Shown one piece after another: positions 1 through 13,580 of a stretch of DNA of 64,000 nucleotides. This DNA is from Eledone cirrhosa. Taxonomy: Eukaryota. The stretch spans positions 61,380,001 to 61,444,000 of the forward strand of contig OZ024745.1 in NCBI GenBank assembly GCA_964016885.1, written 5' to 3'. The notes below the pieces were generated by a model. It made no database searches and was not told the origin of the DNA. It worked only from the letters and a program-made list of their open reading frames with translations. The position numbers were made by a program, and so were the translations under genes. How positions within the stretch are numbered: position 1 is the first letter of the stretch; each line of letters starts with the position of its first letter.

Positions 1-324
1 TATTGATAAACCTGATGTGCATAAACCTTCATGCCAGCTTATATAGTCAGCATTTCATTTTCGTTTGCCTAAAACAATCAAAGAATTCTAATAAGTAACT
101 GGTTCTTAGTGTTAAAGCCACATTGTAATTCCTGAACTTTCTTCACAATTCTTGTAAATGCTTCGACATTTGAAACGAACATAAGCGTTCTTGGGATTTA
201 TTCATGAAATGTGTGGATATAGAGTAAAAAGAGAGTGATTTAATACGACTAATAAAGGGTGATGTGATGGATAGGCAGAGCGTAGGATAAGCTGCAATTG
301 TGGTATTTGTGTTGGTTCTTTACG

Positions 325-470
325 TTCTGACTTCAAATCCAGCCGAGATCAACTTTACCCTTCATCCATCAGAGGGTCGATAAAATAAACGTAATATTCA
401 GGTACTGGAGTTAATTTAAACAATGTTGCCCACTAACCAACTTTGCTGGCTTTGTGTCTAAATTAGAAAT
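325..470 (+). mobile_element. Degenerate tRNA-derived SINE (family recurring through window)
   Basis: B-box-like ttcaaatcc followed by aactttacccttcatcc...gggtcgataaaataaa and tail ttgctggctttgtgtctaaattagaaa; matches the 18565 copy. Confidence 0.7.
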
Positions 471-2089
471 CAAAATAAATGTAATACAACTAATATATTT
501 TCTTTTGAACATAATATGTTATATATTGTATTGAAATGAAAAAAGTGATACATTTTTAATAAAACAATGTTGACGTTTATCATATAATATTAACTACACT
601 GTTTTTTCAACATTTACAACAAATCACTATATTTTCCATGATATATATTTCATCTAAATAACTATTGCAGAAGATAGAACGAGGACATTTTATGTGAGCC
701 ATATGTATCTCAGTAATCTCAAGTCAGCCAAGGTCTAAGAAGCAGTGTTAATACGAATGACATTACATTTAACACACAAGAAGTCAGAACAAATATCATC
801 CAGGCATCTCACCTGACATTCTACCAATTCCATCATTTAACTATCCAGGACTGGTGATATATTTCGACCCCTGAGATCAACAGACTGAGCCGAGGTATTT
901 GAACCAATTAACAGCGTGATAAATCTTATCGGTCAAAAACGTTTCCTATCAGCGGTATTTGGTGCCAATAGATAAGTTATTATATAAATCCCAGGCCCCT
1001 TTATCTAAATGCAATTATTTTATTAAGCCTAGTAGTATATATCAAAATTAACGCTTGTTTTTCACTACTTATCTGTAAATAGCTGAGCAGGTACAGTTTA
1101 GCCCTGTAAAATACTGTAAATTGATAACTGTAAATTGATACAATGCAGAGTAACGATTAAGATTAACGATAAGTTTAGCTCGATAACTTAAATACTTTTC
1201 TGTAGTTAATAAAGTAAATTGTTCTTGCTGGAGGAATCTTCGTAAATAAAATCGAGCAATATGTTCTATATACCACATTTATACGAGATAAATAAACGTC
1301 AGTCGATTGAGAGAGGCGAGCATGGGAAAATTCAAACCCACCGAACTCAACTTTGCTTTCAACATTTCGGGGTCGATAAATTAAAGTACCAGTCCAGAGC
1401 AGTGTATTGGAACAGTTGTTATAGTCTGGGAGACAGTATTATTTAACGGCACTTTGAGATGTATGTTTCGAGTAGTAGAATTAATCCGTCGCTCAGTTAA
1501 CCACCACCTTATGGATTCCTTTAGTATAGTTCAACTAATCATGTCTCCTATGTGAGTATAACTTAATCCTTTCCTTTCACCAGTTACGGAAACTCTGAAA
1601 AAGTAAAGGCCCGTGGACACTGGCCTCCCCTACCTGATCAAGATGAAAAGAAACACGATGAGATTTGAATGCGAATTAAACTGCTAGCATACAATATTTA
1701 CGAAAGCTCTTTTCACAAACTTCATTTTTAGATACTTTGTTATTGACATTAATTTCGAAACTTCAGAGAGAAATGTTGAAACTAGAAACCACGAATAAAT
1801 ATATTTTGTTTTTCTCAGAAGTCTTTCATAGATGTTCTCCCCTTTTCATTTAAGAAATTGGTATGGGAATGATGTCTTTATCTGAATAACCACTATATTT
1901 GCAAGGGCATGATTTTAGTTCTCAGTTCCAGATAATGATGTTAGGTGTTTGTTATCTTAACATTTCATTTTGATGCCTTATCAAAATATTTCATTTACTA
2001 TGTTTGTTCGTATTAATACGTAATCATTTTGTGTCACTGGTGCGCCTTATAGGATATTTTTCTGTCTAGTTACTAATCCGACATAGAAT

Positions 2090-2398
<309 letters not shown>

Positions 2399-3345
2399 AG
2401 AGAGAAGACGCATATATACAAACATGCACACACATATTCGCATATGTGAGCACGCGGGCATTTAAGCACATATGGTCACGTATCTCTGAGTAGGAACCTA
2501 ATTAATTATGATGCAGTTGTATATACAAATACCTTATGCAAAGGATACAAACTGCCATGCATATATGGACAGTAAGCAAATCCTGGCTTGACATTTTCAG
2601 CAACTTAAGGTCGCATTAAATGTGCTAATGGAAATCAATTTGGAAAATGAGAAAGATTTCTGACAAAAATAGCTTCTGCTGATCTGACGCCTCTGCATTT
2701 GCCAGTGTTTCTGCTGGTGTGAGGCAGTTTTACTATGAGGTCGAACCAGATAAATTATTGGCTGTTATTATCATTATCTAGCCTAAATCAACCCCTATGA
2801 TCAAAGATGTTACAGCTGTGGCCATCTCATCTTTTTTGTGAACTAAGGGGTATGTGGTTGCTATTACTAGCAACTGTGTAATGGTCATCTCTAGGTTTCA
2901 TATTTAGGCATAAAGCCAAAACATTGATCTCAAAAGAAAAATGTGATTAAATCAACACAATTAGCTAATAGCTATTTCATTGAAGGACAGTTGTGGTTGC
3001 AGTTTGGTTTTGCATCGGCCCCGATTAAGCAATCCTTCCAGCCATGACCATTCCGGATTACTTTGTCCAGTGTGTACATTTTTAGGGAGGTAAGGCGTGT
3101 AGGAGGGAAATTTGGCTGTTATTTCTAGTTAGTCAACCGTCCACACATCATCTCCGCATCAACTTATAAAACAAAGGTTAAGTTAATATTGGCAGAATCT
3201 GAAATCAGAACTTAGACGTACGTGACAAACAGGTGTATATGAAATACATTAAGATTGGAACGACCAATAGTAAAGACGACCATGGAGCAATTTGAACACC
3301 CAATGTATAATTTTTAATATTGTATATATTAATATCGTAGTTGTT

Positions 3346-3381
<36 letters not shown>

Positions 3382-3493
3382 AATATATATAAAGAGTGGT
3401 GCGCTCATGCGCAGGAATATTATACAATAGTTTATAAGAGTGAATACCTTTAAAGACGATAAAAGAAGTAATGTACGTACACACACACACACA

Positions 3494-3563
<70 letters not shown>

Positions 3564-3699
3564 TATATATATATATATATATATGGTATATTTTGATTGT
3601 TCTTTCTCGTCCCGAAAGCCCGCTCAAACATGTGATTTTTGAACTGAGTTGTGTCTTTGTGTATTTTCCTGTCTGCAAATTAAGCTCCTCACAGCACAA

Positions 3700-4350
3700 A
3701 TGTACCATGGAGGGTGTGGCAGTAGAACGATTTTGCAAGCAGTCTGGTTTATTCCTGGCTCATGTGACGCTTTAAATGGTTGACTAATGCAACTCTTGAG
3801 AGAAGAAATCGTAAACATATATTGCAATTCAATTCCTGTTGGATTTCTGCAGGTTCTGCACTCGAGTCTTGCTAACGAAGTAAGCGCTTCAAAGCAGCGC
3901 GCTCCATTTGCTTTTACTCAAAGACACCACAACTATTTCGATAATCTTTCTCCATGATACACGGTTTTCGATCAATGCCTCCTACTTACTCACAAAGCTT
4001 TAAGATTGTTTTTTTTTATGACATCCTTAAACCACCTCCTTGGTTTACACTGTGGCCTTCTTCTTCTGGTCAGCTCCCCATAAAATATCTCTTTAGGGAG
4101 CCGCTCATATTCCATTCTGACCATATGACTAGTCCGACCCATCTGGCTCAAAATTATCCCTTTCTCAATACGGGTGCTGCCTGCCTTCTCAAGTTCACCA
4201 GTATCAGGTGTATAAGAGGAACACTTGCTGTTCAGGATGCGTCGGATACAATACTGATGAAACCTTTCCAACTATTTGACATGATGTCTGAAAATTGTCT
4301 TAGTTTCGCACCCATAAAACAGGGCATAGAATGCAGCCAAAACACCTGAA
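3700..4350 (-). pseudogene. Old RTE-clade LINE fragment (post-RT C-terminal region)
   Basis: ORF 3990-4271 ERFHQYCIRRIL...HMVRMEYERLPKEIFYGEL...KPRRWFKD parallels the C-terminus of ORF 43570-46152; boundaries approximate. Confidence 0.8.
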
Positions 4351-4551
4351 TGTGACAACAAATGCAGACACTTCAGAATTAACATCAAAGATGTACCCAT
4401 GTCATAAGCAGCTGCCCAAAGATGTCATCACCGTACTATATACCTATGAGGCATGATGTAGTCGCTGAAACTCTACACAATGCAATCCGTAGAAAAGATT
4501 GCCCAGACAATAAACATATTAAAACTTACAGCAACGTGTAATATATATATG

Positions 4552-4609
<58 letters not shown>

Positions 4610-4612
<3 letters not shown>

Positions 4613-4658
4613 CACAGAGGAGACTGAGGTTGGCTGGACATGCTCACCGACATCCAGA

Positions 4659-4698
<40 letters not shown>

Positions 4699-5292
4699 TC
4701 TGGATGTCGGTGAGCATGTCCAGCCAACCTCAGTCTCCTCTGTGTCACTTTTGAGCTGACTTTTGGGATGCTCCCATACAGCTCTGAGTTTTTCATCCTC
4801 AGTGTATACTGATTAATGTTCAGAGCCATCCTCAGCATTCTCGTGTAGCACCCATCCACCATCTGAGTGAGTCTCTTGGTCAGTGTCCAAGTCTCAGACC
4901 CACACAGCAGCACAGACTCCACTACAGCAATGAAGAGGCGGATTTTCAGGTCTCTACGAAGGTCCGACTTCCACACCGATCTCAAGCTGTGACACGCCGC
5001 CCAGGCCTTGCTCTTCCTCTCAACCACATCTTCCACACCGATCTCAAGCTGTGACACGCCGCCCAGGCCTTGCTCTTCCTCTCAACCACATCATCTTCCG
5101 TATTCCCAATCTTTGCTCCCTTTGGGAGCCCCTACATGGACACACTAGAAGAGGAAGACCAAGGTTAACATATGTTGATGCCCTAAGGACAGACACTGGT
5201 CTGTTGGAGATGCAGGATATGGCAGCGATAATGAGGGACAGAGACCGCTGGAGAGAACTCGTCCATGGATCTCGGGAATTTTACCCGCCTTA
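4610..5292. mobile_element. Rearranged 5'-inverted copy of the RTE/RTEX-like LINE at 28478-29587, in (TA)n
   Basis: 4697-~5118 is the reverse complement of ~29032-29393 with an internal ~60 bp duplication; 5122-5292 matches 29417-29587 forward; 4610-4660 is an extra forward fragment. Confidence 0.9.
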
Positions 5293-5311
5293 GATAGATA
5301 GATATATATAT

Positions 5312-5626
5312 ACATAATATGAAAGAGTACTAGTGGAGTCTTCTAGTCAAAACCCCAATAAAATGCAGGCAAAACAGACCAGATATAATGATATAGGACA
5401 CGGAAAAGAAGGCATGTACAGTAGTGGAACTAAGCTGCCCAGTAGTTGCCAATATAGTATTGAAGATTGGCGAAAAGGAGAATATCTGTGTAGAACAAAT
5501 GAGGAATCTTCAAATACTCTATCACCTCTATCCTGACTTTAACTTCAGATTTATACCTGTGATTATCGGGATATGTTAGTAACTGCCTCAGTACAAATCT
5601 TGAGAACCAGAAAGAACACGACTAGT
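5312..5626 (+). pseudogene. Decayed Dong/R4 REL-endonuclease fragment
   Basis: Similar to reverse complement of ~8460-8790 (aaaaccccaataaaatgcagg...agaccagatat...agctgcccag). Confidence 0.8.
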
Positions 5627-5637
5627 TAGCAATACAT

Positions 5638-5683
<46 letters not shown>

Positions 5684-5685
5684 AC

Positions 5686-5745
<60 letters not shown>

Positions 5746-8019
5746 ACATACACACACATATGCATTTTTTTTGCCTACCAACGATTGCTCGACCTTTTTG
5801 AAATAGGATTCAAATCGACCACAAAATCGCCCCCCCCCCGCACTCATTGTGAAAATGTAAAGTCCCATTGGACAATCTAATCATAGTTATGCATGATTAT
5901 GGTTGACCTGGGACTAAACGGCAACGACGACAACAGTGACAATATAATTTGCTACATTGAAAGACTGGGAAAATAAGATTTTAAGAATGAATTCAGTTAT
6001 AATAAATCTCTAAGCCTAATGCGAAATAAAAGTATGTGTAAAAATAGAACGTAGCATTAAGTATAGATTCAGAGAAATGTTGTGTTAGAAGCAAAAGCGG
6101 AAGCAGAAGCACAAGAAGTGAAATGTTTCTGGAATTAAATACCGTTGTAATTGTCTGCATGTTTACAAGTGGTGGCTTGTACAACTTCATTTTATCAAAA
6201 CGAAGGTCATTCAATAGTTTATCAAGGTGAGTTAAAATGTGTCTGCTAGTAAAGCCATTCCAATGACTATTATATTACAAATAGTGGTATAAGCTAAAAG
6301 AAATATTTTCTTAAACAAATAATTTATATAAAATAACTATTGCGGAATAGAAATGACAATGACAATAAAACAATTTTGTGGGAAAGTAAAATATACTTAT
6401 TTGCAAATGGTAAACTTACTTTGTGTTACATAGTGATTAGCAATGGAGGAGCCTAAAATATAGCAAAGATAATTATTGTTGGAATTGATAATTGATTTTG
6501 TTATTCTTTCTAAGAATGTGGGCGTTGTGTGCGCATGCGTGCGTCTATTACTGTCTTCCTCGGGCTAATTAATATCTAAAATAAATATAATCGCATGTAT
6601 TTACTATATCTTGAACAAATTTATTTAAAAAGATTGCTATTAATCTTCAGTCATTGCAAGAATATTGATACACATTGAATTGTGGCATCTGAGCCCCCGG
6701 GAAGATGGTTCAGTTTGAGTTTCATAAAAAATTGTCAAAGATAAACAAATATAGAAGCTAAGACAAGTGAAGTTAGGTTATCGATTGTATCTGTCCAGAA
6801 AACTATTTTAACTATTTTAACAGAAATACTAAAACGTTTTAATATCAATATTTAGCAGAAACAAAAATAAAAGAATTTAAATGTTGGTGGATTTACAAAG
6901 GTCGTAAATATATATATATGCTTGCACACACACACACACACACACACGCATATATATATATATAGAGAGAGAGAAAGAGCCATGCACACAGATACATGCA
7001 TATATAATTGTTTCTACTTTTGGCACAAAGCCAGCAATTTGAAGAGGAGGGGAATGTCAATTAAATCGAAACCAGTGCATTACTGGTGCTTTATTTATCG
7101 ACCTCGACAGGATTTGAACCCAGAATGTTATAATGCGTATATAATATGTGTGTATGAGTACGTGAGCGCATTTGTGTTCTTCCCTACGTGTATGTTGTGT
7201 CCTGTTATGTCCCATAACTTAGTGGTTCGAGAAATATGATCGATAAAATAAGTACCAGAATCAAAGAAAACGCACGACAAATGTGGAATTGCTTGCAGTG
7301 ATATATCTTACATTCGTATATAATTTGAGCATCCAATTGGACAACCTAGTACAGGATAGGATAGGATATATCTTATACCACATATATACATAGATATGAA
7401 TGTAAACGTATAATTATATAACCAATCCTTGTTTTATTGCTAGAAATGCTTTTATTAAACAAATTTCATTTGGATTATATAATGTTTGCAATAAAAAAAG
7501 AAAATGAATGAGAAAAATAGTGAAAGTAAGGAAAAGCAGGAAGATTCGTTAGGCCTTATATTTCAGCTGCTCCTTGTGGAAGAAAAATGGCGGAATCATT
7601 GCCGGGCGGAACAGCCTTGATTTATATCATAGAATATAATGTTGATATAGTTTCTGTATAAGCAATATAAATAATATAATTAATTACATTAATGACACCG
7701 GTGCTAATAAAATACTAATGAGCATCAATTATCTGAATACCAGCACCTGCTAGGGTTCCTAACCATACCAATACCACACACCATTGAAATGAGAATAGGA
7801 ACATAGAATTAATGAAATGGCATTAAAAAAAAACAAAACGCTCTGGACTATTAATGTTCTCAATTGCCCTCTCTACTCATTACCATAAAAGTATTGAAGA
7901 TCATAATAAATTAACGAATAATAAATTGCCTTTAGTACCTGTTTGGTGCTTATGTTTTGACCCAGGATACATAAAATGTAAAATTCACTTCATCAAAATT
8001 TGGAGTATAAATATAAGGC

Positions 8020-8051
<32 letters not shown>

Positions 8052-8060
8052 TGTATGTAT

Positions 8061-8104
8061 GTTTTCTCTTTCTCTTAATTTCGAGTATATTTTTTTGACC
8101 GGCC

Positions 8105-8105
<1 letters not shown>
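8061..8105 (-). mobile_element. ~45 bp 3'-terminal fragment of Dong/R4 family B within (TATG)n
   Basis: Near-identical to 12204-12248. Confidence 0.85.
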
Positions 8106-8135
<30 letters not shown>

Positions 8136-8163
8136 TGTATGTATGTATGTATGTATGTATGTA

Positions 8164-11100
8164 TGTTCTGGTTTTATAATTTCACAAAGTTTTACCAATA
8201 GAGAGAGAGTCGGTTTCTAACAGACACAAGACTCTCTCATTGGAATTTACACAACATCAACTAGGTAGATATGTATGTATGCATGCATGTATAGATATGG
8301 ATGTTATTGTATGTGTAGATGTGTATGTTTTGAGTTGTATGTGTGCATGTGTATATGCTTTGTATCTGTACATGTGTATATGCAGTTATTAGATGCAAAA
8401 TGTTTGGAATGTTTTACATATTTTTACTGTTCCATTAATGGATTGTACTTCTAATTTCCTAACTAGTTGTGTTCTTTCTGTTCCTGTGAAGCCTAGCTTC
8501 TCAAGATTTGTATTGAGGTAGTTACTAACATATCCCAGTGCCCCAATAATCACAGGCATAAATCTGAAGGTGTAATCAGGGTGGAGTATCTGCAGATTTC
8601 TCATCAGTTCTGCATAAATATTCTCCTTTTCACTAATCTTTGATATTATATTGGCATCTGCTGGGCAGCTAATTTCCACTACTGTGCATGTTTTCTTCTC
8701 CCTGTCCCATATCATAATATCTGGTCTGTTATGCCTGCATTTTATTGGGGTTTTTACTGGAACATTCCACCAATACTCTTTCACATTATGTACATGGATG
8801 TCTTCCACATTGTTGTAGCTTTTAATGTGTTTATTATTGGGGCTATCTTTTTTACGAACTGCATTGTACAGTGTTTTGGCCACTACATCATGCCTCATAG
8901 GTAGATAGTACCGCGATGACATCTTTGGACAGCTGCTGATGACATGGGTGATATCCTCGATGTTAGTTCGGCAGAGTCTGCACGTGTTTTCACATCTAGG
9001 TGTTTTGCCTGCATCCCTATCTCTTTTGTGAATCAGGTATTTCGTGCTAATCTCCTGTTCCTGGATTGCAAAAGCGTATCCTTCAAAGTGGGAGCCAATA
9101 TAGCGGTTGTTGGTCCAAGATAGACTACTTTCCTTATCTATATTACTCTCACTCTGGAGCTTCCTGGCAACATATCCATGCATGATTTTTTTTGCTGATA
9201 GGCATGCAGTTTTTCATCCATGGATTCACTGCGATACTGCTGAGCGACATCCCTGGGTGTGAGTTTTTGATTATCACACAGGGAATATCTCTCGAGGAGT
9301 TCCTTCCCATTCTGTTTCATGCAGATAGACTTGTTCGAGAGTTGGGCTCCTATGCTTCGATGTTGTCTGGACTGATGTTAGGCCTCTGCCTCCCTGCTTA
9401 CGTTTCAAGTAACGGTGATCTATATCACTGTTGATGTGGAAGTTTCCGGTGTTGTTCAGTATTTTTCGAGTTCCAACATCAACTGCTCGGATTTCGTCTA
9501 TCGTCCAATCGAGTATTCCAAACGTTGGTGTTAGGACAGGCACAGAAAACACATTGTGAGCCACTGTTTTGTTTTGCGCAGAGAGTTCCGATGACCAGAT
9601 CTTTCTTAATCGGGTGTAGTATTCCCTGGTTACGCGTTCTTTATTACAGATACCATTATAGGATATGTTCTCATCTATCCTCAGGTATCTGTAGCAGTCC
9701 TCATAAGATATCGGTGAAACAGTTAGACCATTGATGACAATGTTGCTAAATTGGGTTGTTGTTTTTCCCCGCTTTACAGTCATGTATGAGCATTTATCTT
9801 GGCCAAACTCCATTCCTATATCCTTTGAGAGCGTTGTAATCAGGTCAAGATTTTTCTTCATCCCATCCATGTTCTTGGCATAGAGTTTCAGATCGTCCAC
9901 AAAGAAATTATGGGTTAGGTTCGTATTTCTGTCCTCCTGTGAGCCAATGATGTATGCCTCACATTTCTTGAGCAGAAAGTACAAGGGGTTTAATGACAAG
10001 ATGAACAATATTACAGAGAGACTGTCTCCCTGAAATATACCCCTGCAATATTTTATTTTATCAGTGAAAATAGAGTCCTCCCTCTCTGTCTTTAACCTTA
10101 GGATAATAGCCCAAGAAGAAGACAGCCTCTCTATGGCTCTGACAATAATGTCTGGGACTTTAGCAAGTTGGAGGGCCTCTATCATCCAAGAGTGGGGAAC
10201 AGAATCGAAAGCTTTCCTGTAGTCCAGCCAGACTGTAGTCATATTCCTCTTAAGTTATCGCACCTCCGACATCGCAGTTTTGTTGATTAGGAGTTGTTCA
10301 GCACATCCCCAAACCCCTTTCTTTCCAGCTGCTTGTTCATCTGTGATGATGTTATTATTTTCACAGTGATCTTGGAGGAATAGATTCAGGCAGGCTGTAT
10401 ACATCTTATACATCAGGTTCTGGCATGCAATGGGTCGGTAGTTTTTTGCCAAGTGGGTGTCTTTGTTCTTGGGGACCAGTAACGTTTGTGCTAATGTCAA
10501 CCATTCTGGTATAAGTGTATCTCCCTTAAGAACTTGTTGGTAGAGGTCAGTAAGATACCTCCGATAGAATATTAGTTTTTTGTACCAGTAGCCGACAATC
10601 ATGTCTCTTCATGGTGTTTTCTTATCTTGGAGTTTTCCTATCACAGTCTCGAGGGTACCCTCACTTATTTCGTATGTTTTTGTTGTAGTGTAGGAGCAAT
10701 AGTTCTTTCGGATTTCTTTTAGCCACACTGCATCTTGGTTGAAATTCTTCTTTTCACCCCATATTTTTCTCCAAAAGGAATCTATGTCTTCATATCTCTA
10801 TAGACTGATGTTTGGTTTCGTCCGAATCTTTTATTAAGCACTTTTCTCTCATCTACCTTCTTCAGGTATCGGCGTTTTTCGCTAACAGCTCTCAATTCTT
10901 GTTTGAGGGTGATCAGCTTACATTGGAGAGTTCTGGTTCTACTGTTACCAAACATCGTCTCTATTTTATTTTTCACTCTTTGTTGGTGAGGAGTGAGGTT
11001 TTTTTGTGTTTGTTTGCATGTAAGGAGCATTGTCACATGTACTATGTTTTTTTCGTAGGTCAGCACTCTTTTTTTCTATTTTAGTTATATATGATGGTAT

Positions 11101-12195
11101 TTTTGGTGGTGTTTTGTTCTTGTTAATATCTCTGCTATCCCCAAGATAATGCTTCACTGTCATTACTAAGGCATATAAACAGGCGTTGATTTGCCAAAAT
11201 GTTGCGGTTTTTATCCGTCGTAAATATTCATCCCCTATTTCGTCAATAACACGTAGTATTTCATTATTTGGTTTTTTATTCACCATTGTCATTTTAACAC
11301 GTTGAGCAAGAGAGATATTTATACATGAGTTAATTTCTCTCTGGAAGATTTCGTTGAGGGAAATTTTCAATTGTTTATACTTTTGATTATCAATATCGAT
11401 AGTATTTTCCACAACAGTCGAGGTAGACGCGGATGGTATACGTGGTGTCACATTTATTCGATTATTATTATTATTTCTTCGATTATTATTATTATCGATA
11501 GTGTTTTCCCCAGCATTAGAGGTAGACTTAGATGGTACAGGTGGTGTCAAGTTTCTTACAGGCATAGTTGTTTCAAGGCGCTGTTCGACCTGGCGGCTAG
11601 GAAGTCTAGTAGCATGGCGACCTGTAGCACGTGTTGTTGATTCCATGTTTGTTGTGGGGGACTTACAATTAATAATATTTATCTTATTTTTACGTTCAAC
11701 AAACGTCGCTTGTTGGCGTAATTGTTTCGCTGTGAAATAATTTAGCTCTGGGTGCATTTCGTCCCAGTGTAGCTTCATTCTATTCATATAGCCAATGGAG
11801 GGATTGTTTTTTGCCATTTTATAACAATTAAATAAATCATTATTAAGTTCGCAACTCCAAGAGAAATGCGATTTATAATTTCGGTTTCTTCTGTAGTTAC
11901 AACTGAATAAAGTTTGATTACCTTCCTTGTTATTTTTCTTCGATACTTCCTTAATTTTTTTGTTGATGTTGTGTTCAGCCATGCTGTTTGTAGCAAATCC
12001 TTGTAAAATGAATTATGTATTTAGTCGGATATCTCTACGAATTCGAATAAAAGGTGTCTTCAGAAGGGATAGTTAGAAGAATAACTAGTTATTCAACCTG
12101 GCTGTAGTTGTGGCATTACTGTCGGAGATAGTATTCATCTTAAATTTAATAAATAGTCTCCCACGCCAAAATATACGCCTGATCGCGTTGACTGT
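8164..12195 (-). mobile_element. Dong/R4-clade non-LTR retrotransposon family A, near full length, frameshifted
   Basis: Collinear ORF pieces 10966-11982, 10782-11066, 10255-10602 (NYRPIAC), 9274-10242 (WLDYRKAFDSVPH, GIFQGDSLS, FVDDLKL), 8389-9183 (CRLC..HVISSC, RHD, RPD..VEISCP REL); 3' end abuts (CATA)n. Confidence 0.93.
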
Positions 12196-12203
12196 CTATG
12201 TAT

Positions 12204-13465
12204 GTTATCTCTTTCTCTTAATTTCGAGTATATGTTTTTGACCGGCCACCTTCCTGGTGGCAAGGTTGTAAAAGAAAAGAAATTGTCATCCCTTGAATCG
12301 CAAGAATGTTTTGCAAACTTTGAAGGTGCCAGCTATCGCAGCCATTTGTAGACTATGAATTAGGGAGCTGCGCTCTTTGTCCGCAAATCCAAGTTCAGAC
12401 ATACTTTGGTCCAAACGGGTTGGTATATAACCCGTAGCTCCAATAATGATGGGTATGAAGCTAAAGGTGTATCTTGGATACTGGATTTGTAAACTCCTCA
12501 TTAATGGTTCGTAGATGTCCTCCTCCTGTATTTTTCTGACAACGTTTACATCAAGTGGGCAGCTGATCTCCACAACAGAACACGTCTTCAATGTGTGGTC
12601 CCAAGCAACAATATCAGGCCGGTTGTGCATTAATTTGGTGGCAGTTTTTATTTTCAGGTTCCACCAGTATTCCTTAGTGCCATCTGTCTCAATATATTCT
12701 TCCTCGTTTGTTGTTAATTTTGTTTTCCGAAGTGCGTTCCAGCTGGTTCTAGCTATCCCATCGTGTCTCATGGGAGGTAGTAGCGAGATGACATTCTTTC
12801 GCAGCTGGCAACAATGTGGCTTACATCCTCGATCTTTGTTTTACATAGCCTACATTTATTGTCAGCTGATGGCCCTCCCCTTTTGTGCAGCAGATATTTG
12901 GTAGGGAGTTCTTGTTCCTGTATTGCATAGAGATATCCCTCAAGGTGTGATGTCATAAACTTGTCGGAACTCCATGCCAGGCTTTTTGAGTGGTTTATCC
13001 CCAATATGTTCTGTGTTTTACGTCTCAAGTATCCATGCACAACTTTTTCTGTAAATTGGTCAATTTTTTCATCTTGTTTGAACATTGAATAGGATCTTCC
13101 GATTTCTCTGGGTGAGAGATTTATATCAGGCTTTATTCCATATCTCTCCTCCAGATCAGTGGCTATTCTAATGATATATTTTTTTTCATGGTGATAAACC
13201 TGGGCAAGATGGTTGCCAACCTTTTTCCTCTGTTGAAGGTGTTGCTTCAGTGTTACTATCCGGGTCTCATATGATGTTAATATGGATTTTAGACCCCGGC
13301 CACCTTCCTTGCGTGAGAAGTATAGTCTATCCACATCACCATTGATGTTAAAGTTCCCAGTAACACTGAGAAGTTTGCCAGTTCTAACATCCATCTCACT
13401 TAGTTCTTGCAATGACCAGTTCAGCAGGCGAAATGTTGGCGTTAGAATTGGCACAGCATAAGTAT
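12204..13465 (-). mobile_element. Dong/R4-clade family B, 5'-truncated
   Basis: ORFs 12768-13454 (RKEGGRGL, CRLC..HIVASC) and 12286-12771 (RHD, RPD, VEISCP); TATG repeats on both sides. Confidence 0.92.
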
Positions 13466-13580
13466 TGTGTATGTATGTATGTATGTATGTATGTATGTAT
13501 GTATGTATGTATGTATGTATGTATGTATGTATGTATGTATGTATGTATGTATGTATGTATGTATGTATGTATGTATGTAT

